Source: the human T2T-CHM13v2.0 reference genome, Homo sapiens
Length of the DNA: 64,000 nucleotides
Assembly (NCBI RefSeq): GCF_009914755.1
Contig: NC_060947.1
Strand: one strand, 5' to 3'
Part shown: positions 15,974 to 31,968 of the stretch, piece by piece
How the letters are laid out: every line of letters begins with the position of its first letter
Numbering within the stretch: the first letter of the stretch is position 1
The notes under the pieces: model-generated
The model's input: only the letters and a program-made list of their open reading frames with translations
Told to the model about the DNA's origin: nothing
Databases searched by the model: none
Program-made: the position numbers and the translations under genes

Positions 15974-16001
15974 CAAAACAAAACAAAAACAAAACAAAAA
16001 C
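15939..16001 (+). repeat. (AAAAC)n microsatellite
   Basis: Directly visible. Confidence 0.95.
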
Positions 16002-16455
16002 ACTTAGGCATTTGGGGAAAGGCTGCTCTTATCACTGAGACATTTATTTGGGTAAGAATTTTTCGATAGGTGTATCTAGAACTAGAGAACTTCAGTGAGC
16101 TTTGCCTTCAAACCAAATCACAGTATCTTCTCTAATAATTATCTAAAAACAACCATTGCCTCCACTTCTGGACTGCGTCAGATCCACCCGTTTTATGCTC
16201 TCTTGCTTTCCTTGTTTGCATCACCACAATTTGAACTAAGCAATTATTACTTTGATGGTGGGATTACATAAAAAGCAACGATTTTTCTCATCCTTGACTT
16301 CAAAAAGCTTTATTGAATCATTTAGCTTAGCTTACATTTGAAAACTCAGAATGGAGTGGTGGGTATGGGGGTGTGGAGAGGGAGAGAAGTACTGGATTTA
16401 TAGTCTAGGTCTTGCATAGGTGGTCGTCCAGCACTTACTGCTGTCTTTGTGCCTG

Positions 16456-17270
16456 GGCTGGAGAGAATGTGGAGAAAAGGAAAACCTTGCACACTGTTGG
16501 TAGGAATATAAATTAGTACAACCACTATAGAGAACAGTTTGGAGGTTCCTCAAAAAAGTAAAAATAGAGCTTCCCTATGATCCAGCAATCCCACTGCTGG
16601 GTATATACCCAAAGAAAGGAAATCAGTATATTGACGAAATATCTGCATTCCCATGTTTATTGCAGCTCTATTCACAATAGCCAAGGTTTGGAAAAAATTT
16701 AAGTGTCCATCAACAAATGAATGGATAAAGAAAACGTGGTACATATACACAAATGGAGTACTATTCTGCCATAGAAAAGATTGAGATCCTGTCATTTGCA
16801 ACAACATGGATGGAAATGGAGGTCATTATCTTAAGCAAAATAAGCCAAGCACAGAAAAACATCTCATGTTCTCACTTATTTGCAGAATCTAAAAATCAAA
16901 ACAATGGAACTCATGGACATAGAGAGTAGAAAGGTAGTTGCCAGAGGCTGGGAAGGATAGTGGAGGAGTCGGGGAGGGGGCAGCGGGATGGTTAATGGGT
17001 ACAAAAAATACTTAGGAAAAATGAATAATACCCAGTATTCGATAGCACAACAGGGTGACTATCGTCAAAATAATGTAACTGCACATTTAAAAATAAATAA
17101 GAGTATAATTGGATTGTTTGTAACACAAAAGATTAATGCTGGAGGGGGTGGATCCCCCGTTCTCCATGATGTGATTATTATGCATTGCATGCTTGTGTCA
17201 AAACATCTCAAGTACCCCATAAATACATACACCTACTATGTACCCACAAAAATTTAAAAAAATTTTAAAA
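16456..17270 (+). mobile_element. L1MA (MA2/3-like) 3' end
   Basis: ORF2 C-terminal text and 3'UTR ending cacctactatgtacccacaaaaattt. Confidence 0.85.
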
Positions 17271-18078
17271 AGAGAGAATTGGTTGTGGTAGGAGCAGATA
17301 GCATAACTTTCACTTTATAGGTCACTGGACCATGAGGAACCATATCTTGATCTGATGGAGAAGACAGTGCATCATCCACAGACAATGGACTTTTAGCTGG
17401 ATGCAGTAAGTGAATGAGACTTTGACTGGTCTCTCTTGGGAAGGCACTGTGTGTTCTCTTGATGATAAGAAAGAGAGTGCATGGATATTTGTGGGACCAG
17501 CATGGAGATTTTGAAATGCAGTATTATATTGAGAATAGTATAGCTGCCTTGCTAGCCTGTGTTCCTTTTTAGAGCAGAGACTACGTACCTAGGCTGGACT
17601 TTATGTGGGAAAGATACACATATCTATATTGTTTGAAACATGGAAACTTGGGGTATTTTTATTATAGTAGCTCAGTCTACACCCTGAGAAATCTGAAAAG
17701 ACAATGAGAACGGCTGCATTTGTAATTATATAATCCATTTTAATGTTTGTCCCCCTCCAAATGTAAGATCCATAAAGACAAGTGTCTGTCTGTTCATAAC
17801 TCTATCCTCATTCCTTAACATTATACCATATTGGAAACACTTAATAAATACTGAATGTATACATAAACCAAGGTACTGTTTCTATACTCCTAGGATTTTG
17901 CATAAAGTATCTTTGAGGATCTTTGTGACCCTCTAGACTATTGGCTTTTGAGAATATTGATACTGTGTCAATATTACGTGAGAATCAGGATTAGTTGATT
18001 AGAAATCTGAATACATAGGAATGCATCTTAACTGAATACCTTACTTGTGAGGGGGTGAGAAACTTAATAGATTGCAAG

Positions 18079-18583
18079 GTGTGGTAGATTGCACTGGTGA
18101 CCTCTCTGTATGCACATCTTTTTGCAATGTGACTTTTAAAGTTGCTACCATCAGGAGTTGTAACCTATTTCCCTAATCCCTGAATATGGGCCTGCCTTGT
18201 GATTTGCTTTGGTTAAAAAAATGTGTTAGAAATGAGTGAGCCAGCTCCAAGCTTAAGCTTCAAGAAGTCTTGTTTCCTTCTCTATTAGAATCCTGTTTCT
18301 TGCATGAGAATAAGCCCAGGAGCGCTTGCCGAAGGATGAGAGACCATATGGAGCAGAGGTGAATCATCCTAGCTGCGCTTATGCTAGATAAGCCAGCCCC
18401 TAGCCCACCCATTAGCTGACTGAAAATGTATGAGTGAGCCAGAACAACACAACAGCTCACGGGACCCCACAGACTGTGTGCAATTATAAATGGTGATAAT
18501 TTTAAGTCAATAAGTTTTAGGGTGATTTGTTACATAACACTATTGCAAATTTTACACTATTGGAGTTATTACTTAACTGATAT
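18079..18583 (+). mobile_element. MLT1H/I-like solo LTR
   Basis: tgtggtagattg start; tttaagtcaataagttttagggtgatttgttac...aactgatata end. Confidence 0.7.
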
Positions 18584-19314
18584 ATAGGGGAAAGCCAGAA
18601 ATGGGAGTGAGGCTTGGTACAGTTAAGAGTTCTTAAATAATACCAGAGTCCTCAATCCTAAAATTACTGATTTTGATTTTGAATGAGTATCTAAAGTCAG
18701 GCTCAATTCTTTGCAAAGATGTCTGAAGAGACATTCATGGCAAATCAATGGGGGTAACCACTGAAAAAGTGATTTTAGAAGATCATTATTAGAAGACCTA
18801 ATAATAGCTAGTATTTTTTGGCCACTTACTCTGTATCAGCTGTTGCCCAAAGCAGTGAAAGAGGGAAAGAAATACCCTGAAATCTCCCCTTCTCCTGCTC
18901 TCCAATCTCCTGCCAACGCCTCCCACTGGTTAAATCTATACAGAAGATAGTTGAGAAGAAAGCCTGAGGAATAAGGTGAGTGGAGGTGAGCTTCTTGCAA
19001 TATACAATATATTGCACAGAAAGAGGAAGGAAATTGAGTGAATCTGTGGGAAAGTTATACTTGGGTTATGAACCCCACAACGATCTATGTTTCAAAGGTA
19101 TAAATCATTTGAATGTGTTCATATTTTCTGTCAAAGTTGATATGTATCTTCTGTGGTCGGATGAATGTGCTTCATAAATATCAAGAGACAAAATCTTTTT
19201 GCAAAGGCCTTTCCAGTATCTCAGAACACACTGTATGCATTCCATTGAATGGGATTGGTGGTCAACTCCTACACAGACTCTTGATAGCCACTCTCTACCT
19301 CCCTACCATTTAAG

Positions 19315-20320
19315 AAGTAGAGCAAGGGGACCAGGGAACCAGCATCTTGAAATTAGGGGGGGAAATGCAGAACCTCAGGTCCTATGCAAGAGCCATTGAA
19401 TCAGTAACCTGATTTTAACAAGATCTCAAGGTGATTCCTGTTTCAGTAAGTCATCAATTAATGTTGTTGATAGATTCTGGGAAACTGTGACTTAGGCAAA
19501 ATGACATATAATGAAACCAATCTTACCATAGGCTAATTGATAAACAAGAATTAAGTTCCTACTGCATACCTGTGTTCACAAAACATGATCCAACATCTAA
19601 ATAAAGACCCCAAGCACTTCTAATATTAAACTCAGAAATAAATGTGAGATATACATCCACTTTAGAAAGATTAATAAAAACCAGGAGGAAAATTATTTAC
19701 CCAGTTTTTGGTGAATCAGTGAGTGACAGTGTTTGCAGTGGCGGTGGTTCATTCAAGGAATAAATGTTTGCAAAGCATAAACTGCCAGGATTGCCTTCTC
19801 TCACCACAAAGTTCAAAAACAAACAATAATCAATATGGCAGCTCACTGAGCACTTCTGTAGAGCATCAATTATTGTCACGCATCTTTATGATTATTGAAT
19901 ACTATATGAATTTTTATTTCACAGTAATTTATATTAATTCAGTCATTCATTTTCCAAGCCACGTATTCCAGTTCAGGGACTTGGGAGGCCAGAGCCCATC
20001 CTGGCAACTCAGAGCACCAGACAGGAGCCAACACTGGCAGGGATGCCATTCTATCGCAGGGCACAGTCGTAGACACATAAACACTCACATGGGGACAATG
20101 TAGACACACCAATTCCCCTAACGTGCACAGTTTGGGACATGTGAGGAAACCAGAGTACTAGAAGAAAACCCACAGAGACAAAAGAAAACCCCACATAGAC
20201 AGTGCCCCCCTAGCTGAGATACAGTTTTTTCCCTTGCCAATATTATAACACAGTGATGCTCAATGAAACAACATTATTCAAGGACCTGCCGTACATTAAA
20301 GTTTGAGAAGTTCTGCTCTA
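19315..20320. mobile_element. MER5-like hAT element interrupted by Tigger3
   Basis: aaatgcagaacctcagg...ttttaacaagatctcaaggtgattc | acattaaagtttgagaagttctgctcta. Confidence 0.6.
19444..20291 (+). mobile_element. Tigger3/Golem-derived non-autonomous DNA transposon
   Basis: Start CAGTAAGTCATCAATTAATGTTGTTGATAG; end ACATTATTCAAGGACCTGCCG followed by TA. Confidence 0.8.
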
Positions 20321-20816
20321 CGTGATGGCACGTGGATCTTTACCCCTTACCACTGCTATTAGAATTTTATGGTAACCTACTTTGTAATAGTAACCACAAT
20401 TTAACTCCTCGTAATAAAGTATGATAGTATATATTGTGTTTTTAGTTCCTCACTAGACGCTGGGAGATGGGCAAACATGCTTCATAATGCATCACTGTTG
20501 GACAAATGAGGAACTAGAGGCACTAAGAGATTTAAATAAGTGGCCCACAGTTATGAGTTAGTGAGTGTTGAACCTGGGTCTAGACTGAGTTATGAACTGC
20601 AAGTTTAGTGATCTTTCCAGGACTGAGATGAGGCATGGAGAATAAGAAGGTGGAACGGTGGCACTCATTACACAAACCATTAGAATATTTGAGGCCACGT
20701 TGGGAATTAACCACACGCGAACTGAGAAGCTGGAAAGGGGTATCTTTAAGAAAACTAATCCTTCACCCGAAGTAGAAATGATTATTTAATCATACTGCAT
20801 TCTAGTTTCAGCATAA

Positions 20817-21156
<340 letters not shown>

Positions 21157-23859
21157 TCAACATCTTTCTTAATTATTTTAGTAATTAAAATAGTTTTTGT
21201 CTGCTCCCAAACTATATGAAATCTTACCCATAGAGTGTCTTTTCTATTAATTTTCCTGTTTTGTGTGTTGGCCTTTATTTGTTCTCAATGAATAAGGGCC
21301 TATATAGCACCTGAATATTAATTTTTTTCTCTTCCTTAACCAGCAGCTCAGTGATTCTAACATCACTGATAAAATACACATCACTGATGAAAATAAAACA
21401 ATAAAGCAACCTCTAGGAGATAACTGCAATGGTCTAAAATTTGTCACAAAAGTCATAGCACCAACAGAAGCAATCTTCATGATAGTCATTTACATTGCAA
21501 TTGAGTTCAGAATGTTCATTCTTTTATAAAAGTTTCAATAAGTCCAAGAAGTACTGTCCTATTCAAAACTGTTGATGTCACCCACATCACAGTCAGAATG
21601 TGTCACTTTCACAAAAAAATATTTTTAGACTGCATTTGAGGTATAAGCATCAGTCATCAGTCACAGGTTGCCTGCAGAATGTAACCATCAGAACAAATAG
21701 AGTTTTCTTGAAATACCCTTTTGATGACTTTGGTTTCCGGCCCATTTGCTGGTCCATCTCTTTTCCCACCACACTTGGCCAACCATGCCAAAGATGGACT
21801 ATACTTGTCCCGGTGATAACTGAAAATGTTCACAAATTATAAGTGCAACATTCAGCTCAAATGCTTTCATTTCCACAACAAAATTGATGGATTTTCTCTA
21901 GCAACAAACAATGAAATGCTCTCGTCAATGTCTTGTAATTGGTTCTAATATCAGCAAGCCAATCAAAAGGGAGAAAAACCAAATTTCTCCATCAGGCCCT
22001 TATCAGCCCTTTTGTTACCCATACAGTGGTCTTGCCCCGAACCATAAGGTGGATAAATGAGGGGAATGCTGATTTTGGCATCCAGCTTACTTTCAGATAA
22101 TCTAGCTCATCCTTCTCAGCTGACACGAGACAGAAATAACATCAAAGGGTGATAAACTCTTTCTTGCAAACCTGGGGTTCCATGGTTCACTGGCCCCAGG
22201 CCTAATCCAACAATCCATTTTCTACACAATAAAAGGTAAGAAACCCATTACAGATCTGTTATAAGCCTTGGCAGGTGGTATACGGCAAAAATGGAATACA
22301 CAACCAACCCAGCATTTGGTATCCCTTTTCTATGGTTTGAAGCACTAGGGGTCAGCTGACATGAATATAGTAGTCAGCATTTAGTATTAAGTTATTTTAG
22401 CTACATAAATAAACTCACATCTTGATGTATGAGTATAAAGATTTGACAGAAAAGTTCATTTTTGGTATGATTCTGATCTTTAATAAAAATCACCCTGTTA
22501 TTTTACTTTTGTATGGCATATTGGCTTTGCAGGTGATATAATAAATGAAACTGGGTTAGAATTTACAATATGTGGTCTTAAATATGGCCTTTAATCTTTG
22601 TTCCTTATTTAACCTCAGTTTAAGGAGTTGGCATATGAAAACTTCCATTTAATATCATTTCACGATTATTAAATTATTAGAAAGGAAGGAAACTCCCTCT
22701 AGTCTCAGGGTTGGTGCTATGTAAGTAAAAGCATTGCAGAAACAAAAGGAAAGAAAAAACATTTTATATTAGCAAAATCCCCTTTTATTATGTCATTTCT
22801 TCTCCTTTCTAGAAGTCATTGCTTCAGGCAAACACCTTTGTGCTAATAAAGGAGTTACTTAAAAATGCTACACTGAAGATGCAGAGTTATGAAATTTTTC
22901 TCCTCCTTTCTCTTTTCATCATCATTTATACTCTTCATCATTTTAAATCCATCATGAACGGGGAGGAGAGATTGCTAAGAATAGTCGAATTTGTTTTTAG
23001 TTGAAAATTAGCTTAACTTTTAAATAAAATCTAGGGCACAGCATACTTAAGTGACACATTTACATGCTTGATATACATTTTCAGTATGTAGATAGTGGCA
23101 ACAATGAAGTTTCACTATGGAAATTAGTTGTTACACAAGTATCAGTGCTTCACAATTTATGCTGGATTTTTGTTATATTTTTTAAAACATTATTATATTG
23201 GAATGAACAAATTATCTTGTATTTGGTGAGGTTTCCTAATAGAAAATTATCTAGCTTCAGTGTAACCTTCTACAAATGCTTTTCCTTTACTTTGCCAAAA
23301 TGAGGGAAACTGATGTCAAAAATAAAGGTAGGGGGAAGGGATGGGGAAGCAGTGTGAAAGTTTACTTGCTTTCTGCTTGGATTTCTGGGTTACAATCAGG
23401 CCAATAGATTGATAAAAACGATGTTCAGAATTAAAAGTCCTCTGAATTATGTTCATACTTTAAAAGTGAGAATGCTGGTGTTTGAAAACAATGCTGGCTT
23501 TGTTGGGCTTCTTAGGCAATAGGAGGAGAAAAATCTATCATTTTCCAACACATTTTAGCTGAAATGCTAGTTGGTCATAGAAAATGAAAGTAATATCAGC
23601 GGAATAGGAGAGCAGTGGCTGAAAATCCTCTGTGCCTTCCACGAGAGCCATTTGGTTGTCTTGCTGCCTCTAACTCTCCTCTCCTTCACCTGTTGCATTC
23701 ATAATAGTAGCACATAGTTCAGCTTTCTCCCCAAGAGCCATATTTACAACTTTGATTAAGAAGGTGAGACTTTTGGAGAATTTGGAGGTGAGAATCAGAG
23801 ATGATTTTGTGCTTGCTCTTTGCATTTTTCTATTTTAGTATTACTCCTACTGTTTTTAA

Positions 23860-24055
23860 TCTAACATTTTTTGAGCAATTACAATATGCCAGATACTGTG
23901 TTACACATTTCCCATTTACTACCTCATTGAATTTTCACCACAACCTGGGGAAGTGTCTTCTTTTAGTATTTGAATTTTATGGATGTTATAACTTAGGTAT
24001 GGACAGAGTAGGTATAAGATCACATAGCTGGTAGCAAGTGGAATCCATAATTCAT
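23860..24055 (-). mobile_element. MIR
   Basis: aacattttttgagc...tgccagatactgtgtt...cacatagctggtagc. Confidence 0.6.
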
Positions 24056-24149
24056 AATCTCATCATTAATGCCTGCAGTAAATTACCTCCTCATCACTCC
24101 TGTTTACTTTTTCCTTGTTTGTAAAGTGTCTGATCCATATTCTTGGCAT

Positions 24150-24714
24150 TGCCTATATGGTATTATAGTACATACTGGTTTCTATCCAGGTTCCTGGCTC
24201 ATAACACCCATAGCCCTTGTTACAGTTTTTTGTTATAATGTTGGTTGCGTTGGGTCTCAGGGGCAGGCCTCTGACCTTCTCCTGCTCTCCTTTCACTTTA
24301 ATGTTCCCTCGCCTTTCAGATTATAGGTCTTAAAAACCTCCTGTTAGAGGGTCCCACCATATACCCTTGGGGAAGGAATGCTGATGTCATGAAGCTTCCA
24401 TAAAAAACAAAGAGGACAGAGTCCAGTGAGCTTCCGGGTAGCTGAACAGGTGGGGATTCCTAGAGGGTGGTGCACTCAGGGAGGGCATGGAAGCTCCATG
24501 CCCCTTTCCGTCCCTCCACCCCAACCATACCTCACCCTATGCATCTCTTCATCTGTGTCCTTTGCAATATCCTTTATCATAAACAGGTGAAAGCGAGTGT
24601 TTTCCTGAGTTCTGTGAGCTGCTCCAGCAAGTTAGTTGAACCCAAAGAGAGGGTCATGGGAACCCCAACTTGAAGCCCATGGGTCAGAAGTTCCAGAGGC
24701 CTGGACTTGAGACT

Positions 24715-24758
<44 letters not shown>

Positions 24759-24997
24759 CGCTAGGGGGGTGCAGAGGAGGCAGACCTCGGTACTGAGCCC
24801 TCAATCTATGGGATCTGACACTATCTCTGGGTGGATAGTGTCAGGACTGAATTAGAGACACCCAGCTGGTGCCTGCTGTTTGGTGTATGGGGAAAAAAAT
24901 TCCACAAATTTGGTCATAAAAGTCTTCTTCTGTGTTGACGATTGTTACGATTTGAGAGTAGAGAAAAAACACGGTTAGAAAGAATTTTCCATACACA
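24150..24997 (+). mobile_element. MER21A-like LTR
   Basis: ggttcctggctcataacacccatagccctt...tttcctgagttctgtgagctgctccagcaa...cacccagctggtg. Confidence 0.75.
24716..24761. repeat. (GT)n(GC)n alternating purine-pyrimidine tract
   Basis: 46 bp of uninterrupted RY alternation. Confidence 0.95.
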
Positions 24998-25700
24998 GCG
25001 TAACATTTCAATAATTTGGAAAGTTAAATGTCACGTATTCTTATATACTATTGTCATTAAAGAGTGATTAATTCGGTAATAATGGCAATCAGATTTCTTG
25101 GATAGGCCGAAATTCTCAGCTGAACTAAAGTATTAGGAAGGTAGATGATGATGACAAGGACGATGATGCTACTAAGAACAAAAGCAATCATGATAATAAT
25201 AGTTATTGAGCACTGGACCAAGCCTAGCTCTAAAAGCCTGATGTTTGTTCTCATAACTAGAGTGACCCTCTCTATATATTTTATCTTCTAAAGTGGAATA
25301 CTTATGACAATGAAAGAGGGAGCTATTAAAAATTATGATAGGATAACAGGCAAAAACCAGAACAGTCAGAGCAAATTGAGATGTACTCATGACACACAAC
25401 CTAGTAATAAACCTCATGTCAGTGTGAAATTATAGGAGGCAAAGTCAAGGATGCTTATGTTATAAACTTTAAATTACTACTCCCTTCCCCCAACCCTCAG
25501 CTTCAAACTGTTTAGCAACTATAAATTAGAGATATGAATATTTATAATGCCAAGCCCTATAAAATTATGCATGTCCTTTAAATAAGGGAAGGGTGGGAAG
25601 TGATTATGATATGCTTAGAACAGAATGTGGCACATAGTAGTCCTTTAATAGATAGCTCTTGAATAAATAATTTAATTACAGCTTTGCTGTAATTATTAAC

Positions 25701-25781
25701 TACATAAAGAAAACATCCAAATAATGGATTTCCAGGAACTTACATAAAGAAAACATTCAAGATAATGGGTTTCTGGGAACT
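25701..25781. repeat. Two-copy 40/41-bp tandem duplication
   Basis: tacataaagaaaacatccaa-ataatggatttccaggaact vs tacataaagaaaacattcaagataatgggtttctgggaact. Confidence 0.9.
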
Positions 25782-25802
25782 ATCAGACTATATGCCCAAT
25801 AA

Positions 25803-26117
<315 letters not shown>

Positions 26118-27811
26118 CGTTTTCTTATATAATAGCGTTTTAGCACACAGATTTATAAAATTAAAAACTGTGTGAACTGTGTTACAAATACACTTCAAGG
26201 GAGAAAATCATGAGCACATAAAAGCTCCAGTGGAACTATCTGGTCCCTGCTAAGACTTCCAGCTAGAGAAATGATTTCCTATAATGATTATTATACTTCC
26301 TACTATATATTTTACAGCATTTTTTTTTCCGGGGTTCCATAAATACCAGTCAATATGGTAACAATGCCAGTGAAGATTCTATTATTTGGTTGAAAAAACA
26401 TCACGTTAAGGGCAGGACTGAATGGTAACTATTAGAACAATCTATTAATCGTCATCTTGTGATAGGAAATTGATTGGACAAAGTGTCCATTTTTGAGCAA
26501 GGAGTCGGAAAGCCAAGCTCTAGCTTTATTTAATTTTCTCCTTTTTGCTATTCACATTTATACTGACGACTAATAATGACTGTCATTACATAGCAAATAC
26601 GTCTGGAAAAAGACTAAACATTCATTTACCTTATACAAATGAAAATAAATCTGAAATGTTTACTCCTCAGATACATATTTAGAAGCAACATGATTAGAGA
26701 TTAATACAAAATGAACCAGATTTCTGGAAATTTAGATACAGCCAACTGTATATTGTGGAAGATAGTTTGTGCTAGGAGTTGCACTGTATTTTTACTTTCA
26801 TAATTTTTATTTGGTGATTTTTTGAAAATAATACCTGTATTATTATCAATATTACAAAAATTATTCCCATATTAAAGGTTTGTTATATATGTTGTATTTG
26901 TAAACCTACCTTTTTCCTCGGTAAAGTGAATAAGATGCACTTAACTAAAATTCACTTTCCAGCCAAATTTCTTAATTGTTTTCCAAAATGCTTTTTTCTT
27001 TATGTGCACCATTTTATACTGTCTGGGCAGTAACAAATTCAAATAGTAATTTACCATTTACATATAAACAGTATATCTTATTTGTAAATGGTATTTTATG
27101 TGTAGATAGTAAATTACTGTTTACATGTAAAATGCGATGAAAAATTTAAACTTATTTAACAAAATGACAACATATTTATTAAAACTAATAGGAATGCATA
27201 ACGTACACCACCTGTAAAATTACTTGACATTAAAAATAGTAGGATTTTAACTAATTCTGAAACAACATAAACATGTTTTGCTATATTACACAACTGTAAA
27301 TGTTCCACAGCAGAGAAGTTTCTAGAAAGTAATTTTAAAACACAGCATCTAGTTCTCAAAAAGGGCAAAAACCAAAGCAAAAACTCATATAGTTTTTTTA
27401 AAAGAAAATAAATCCCCATTTTAATATTAGGATATTATCCACATAAAAATCACTTGAGCTTCACCAAAAGGTTAAAACCCCTACTGTTTATTTTGGAATC
27501 ACTTTTATATTTAAATAGAAAGCTACATGGTCTCAAATAAGTCACATAACCTTTCTAGGACTCGGTGTTCAAAAATAAAGAATGATAAAGCATATTTTGG
27601 TTTTAAATAAATGGGTAGTTAAAAAAATACCCACATATAACATATACAAAGAGCAATGAAGAATGAGGAAAGGGGACACAAAATAAAAAGACATGAAAGA
27701 GATGAAACTGGGATTAACGGGGTCAGGGAAGGAGAGCAGAAGAGAATGTGTTACATAAACAACTGGGGCAGAAAAAGAGTGGCAAATATGCAAATAGAAA
27801 AGTAGATTCAT

Positions 27812-28167
<356 letters not shown>

Positions 28168-28616
28168 TCATAGATGAAAATTAGCCTAAAAGTGAGAAAC
28201 ACAGAGGAAGAGAGTGATGATGATGGCGAGAGAGCCTCCTACACCCACATGCATGTTCAGAGAAAATACAAAGAAATATGAAGAGGGATAAATATTAAAA
28301 ACACCTGAGTCAGAAGTGTGGGTGAAGATCATAGAATGAGATGATCAGAGAGAGGAACACAGAGGCTAGCTTTAATAACATCCCCACTTTGTGGCTCTTA
28401 CGGGTATCATTGTTAAAGGCTGTAAAAGGTCAAGTTATGTATTAGACAAGAATGAGGATATCATTTCATGAGCCTTCATTGCATGAAGCTACCCATAAAT
28501 TTACGCTAATGGCTATATTCAGTTTAAAGCAACCCTGTCCACCACTCCCTTAAAGAAATAGCTATATTATCTTCACCTGCTGTTTTCTCTCTTCAGTAAT
28601 GAAATATAAATGTACA

Positions 28617-28998
<382 letters not shown>

Positions 28999-30009
28999 TC
29001 ACCTGCCAACTGATTATGATATTAGGATATGTTTGGAGATACTATGTACTAAGGAATTGACATATTCATGTCACAGTAACTATGACCCACTAGTTCCAAT
29101 TATATCACCCACTCTAACCTTTGGATGAAGGGTAGGGCTGGAGGACACAGGGAGGGGGTCCGCTTTATTTCTACCCTCCTGTAATAAGTAAGAGCTTGAG
29201 ATTTAATGAAGATCAAGACTGTCTGCCAGTGTTATAAGCCATTTTCTTTTACTTTTAAAAAAACTTGTGTTATTTACCTAAATCTGGTACTGATCATTTG
29301 CTTTCTATCCCTAAATCTAAACTAACAGGGATACAGAGGCATATGGATGGAGAAAAGATGATTAAATAATTTTAATATGACTAATGAATAAAATTCCAAA
29401 TCCTGTGGCATTTAATGGCAAAGACATTGCATTAAAATTATAATTTTGGCATAGGAAACAGATATTATGGATGCTGTAGTAATATAAGTCTATACATGAT
29501 GGTGTTCGTAACCTCAGTTTTAATTTTCTATCATAAAAATTTGACTTTTTATTCTGTTGCAGGACACATAAAACCTTGACTCTTTCACAACCCACAAAGC
29601 TGCTATTGTATATTTTAGATAGTTCTCTCACATTTCCTACAATTATAATTTTTGTTCTTCTTTTTGTCATAAGATGTACTGAGATATTGTAGAACATTTT
29701 GGGTATCCTTCCTCCTTGTTCTCTTTTTATGAGGGATGATTTCATTTGTATTGTTATGTAGCTATAAAATTTAATTGCTGGGACACCACCTTCCCTCCAT
29801 ACATAAAAGTCTGTATCTTTACACAGATGTTTTGCAATCATTAAAGGTAGAAACCAAGAAGGGATTTTTTTTTTTTCAAATAACTACCTGCTTGAAATAG
29901 AGACACTTAAGCGCACATTATGGTTTTAATGTCATAAAATTGGTACTTATTTTAGTTCCTAAATATTTTATCAGTCGTGTAAATGATCTGTTATTAGAAT
30001 GTCAGCATC

Positions 30010-31230
<1,221 letters not shown>

Positions 31231-31818
31231 GCTTTTTACTATAAATTCATATGTACCACTTGCTTTATATAAAATAAATATGTATTAATTTAATAAATAG
31301 TATTACTGTTAGATTTATATAGTATGCAAGGTGGAAAGATGAAAACTCACAAGTTAATAAATCAGTAGGTAAGTAAATAAATAAACTTGTGGCGAACGTT
31401 AGTGTACATTAATTATTAAGTCCATACCACAGGTGTGAATAATTAATTTTGATTTATGACACTTGTTTAACTAGAACCAGACCACGTCCTTTCAGCTTAA
31501 ATACTGTCAGTACATGCCTGGCCACTGAATTAAATACTTCGCCATTTCTTCAGTCTGATTCTTCAGAATAATTTATGCAAAAAATTGTGGTATAAATTTT
31601 GGCATTTGGTCATTAATGTAAAGCCATTCACCATCATCATTTTTTCTAGCCACAACAAAACATATAGCCAAAGCAAACGGTCAGGTTAAAAAAACAAAAC
31701 AAAACAACAATCCACATACCAGCCTCCTCCCCGACCAATGAAGCACCCAGGAAACAAAATACATACAAATACTTGCAACATTTAACACATGTGACGGAAG
31801 AGATGGTTAATGTCTAAC

Positions 31819-31968
31819 CTTTATCCACTGGAGATTTGTCTGCTTGAGCTTATTTTCAAGTTTATCTTGCTCTTCTGGGCTTATGGGAGCACTTACAAGC
31901 ACGGGTCCTCCAGTTTCATTTAATTGTTTGAGAATTCCCTGGCGCAGGGGCAACTCTTCCACCAGTAA
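31819..31968 (-). CDS. DMD: Dystrophin exon 47 (150 nt, phase 0/0), spectrin-repeat rod domain
   Basis: Minus strand tgtctgtttcag|TTACTGGTGGAAGAG...CAGTGGATAAAG|gttaga; translates LLVEELPLRQGILKQLNETGGPVLVSAPISPEEQDKLENKLKQTNLQWIK, matching the recalled human exon. Confidence 0.98.

Noticed and set aside
17275-17690. Possible MLT1-int/LTR remnant
   Set aside because: Too degenerate to assign boundaries or family by eye.
29362-29841. 159-aa minus-strand ORF
   Set aside because: No recognisable domain or convincing splice sites; AT-rich composition typical of chance ORFs.
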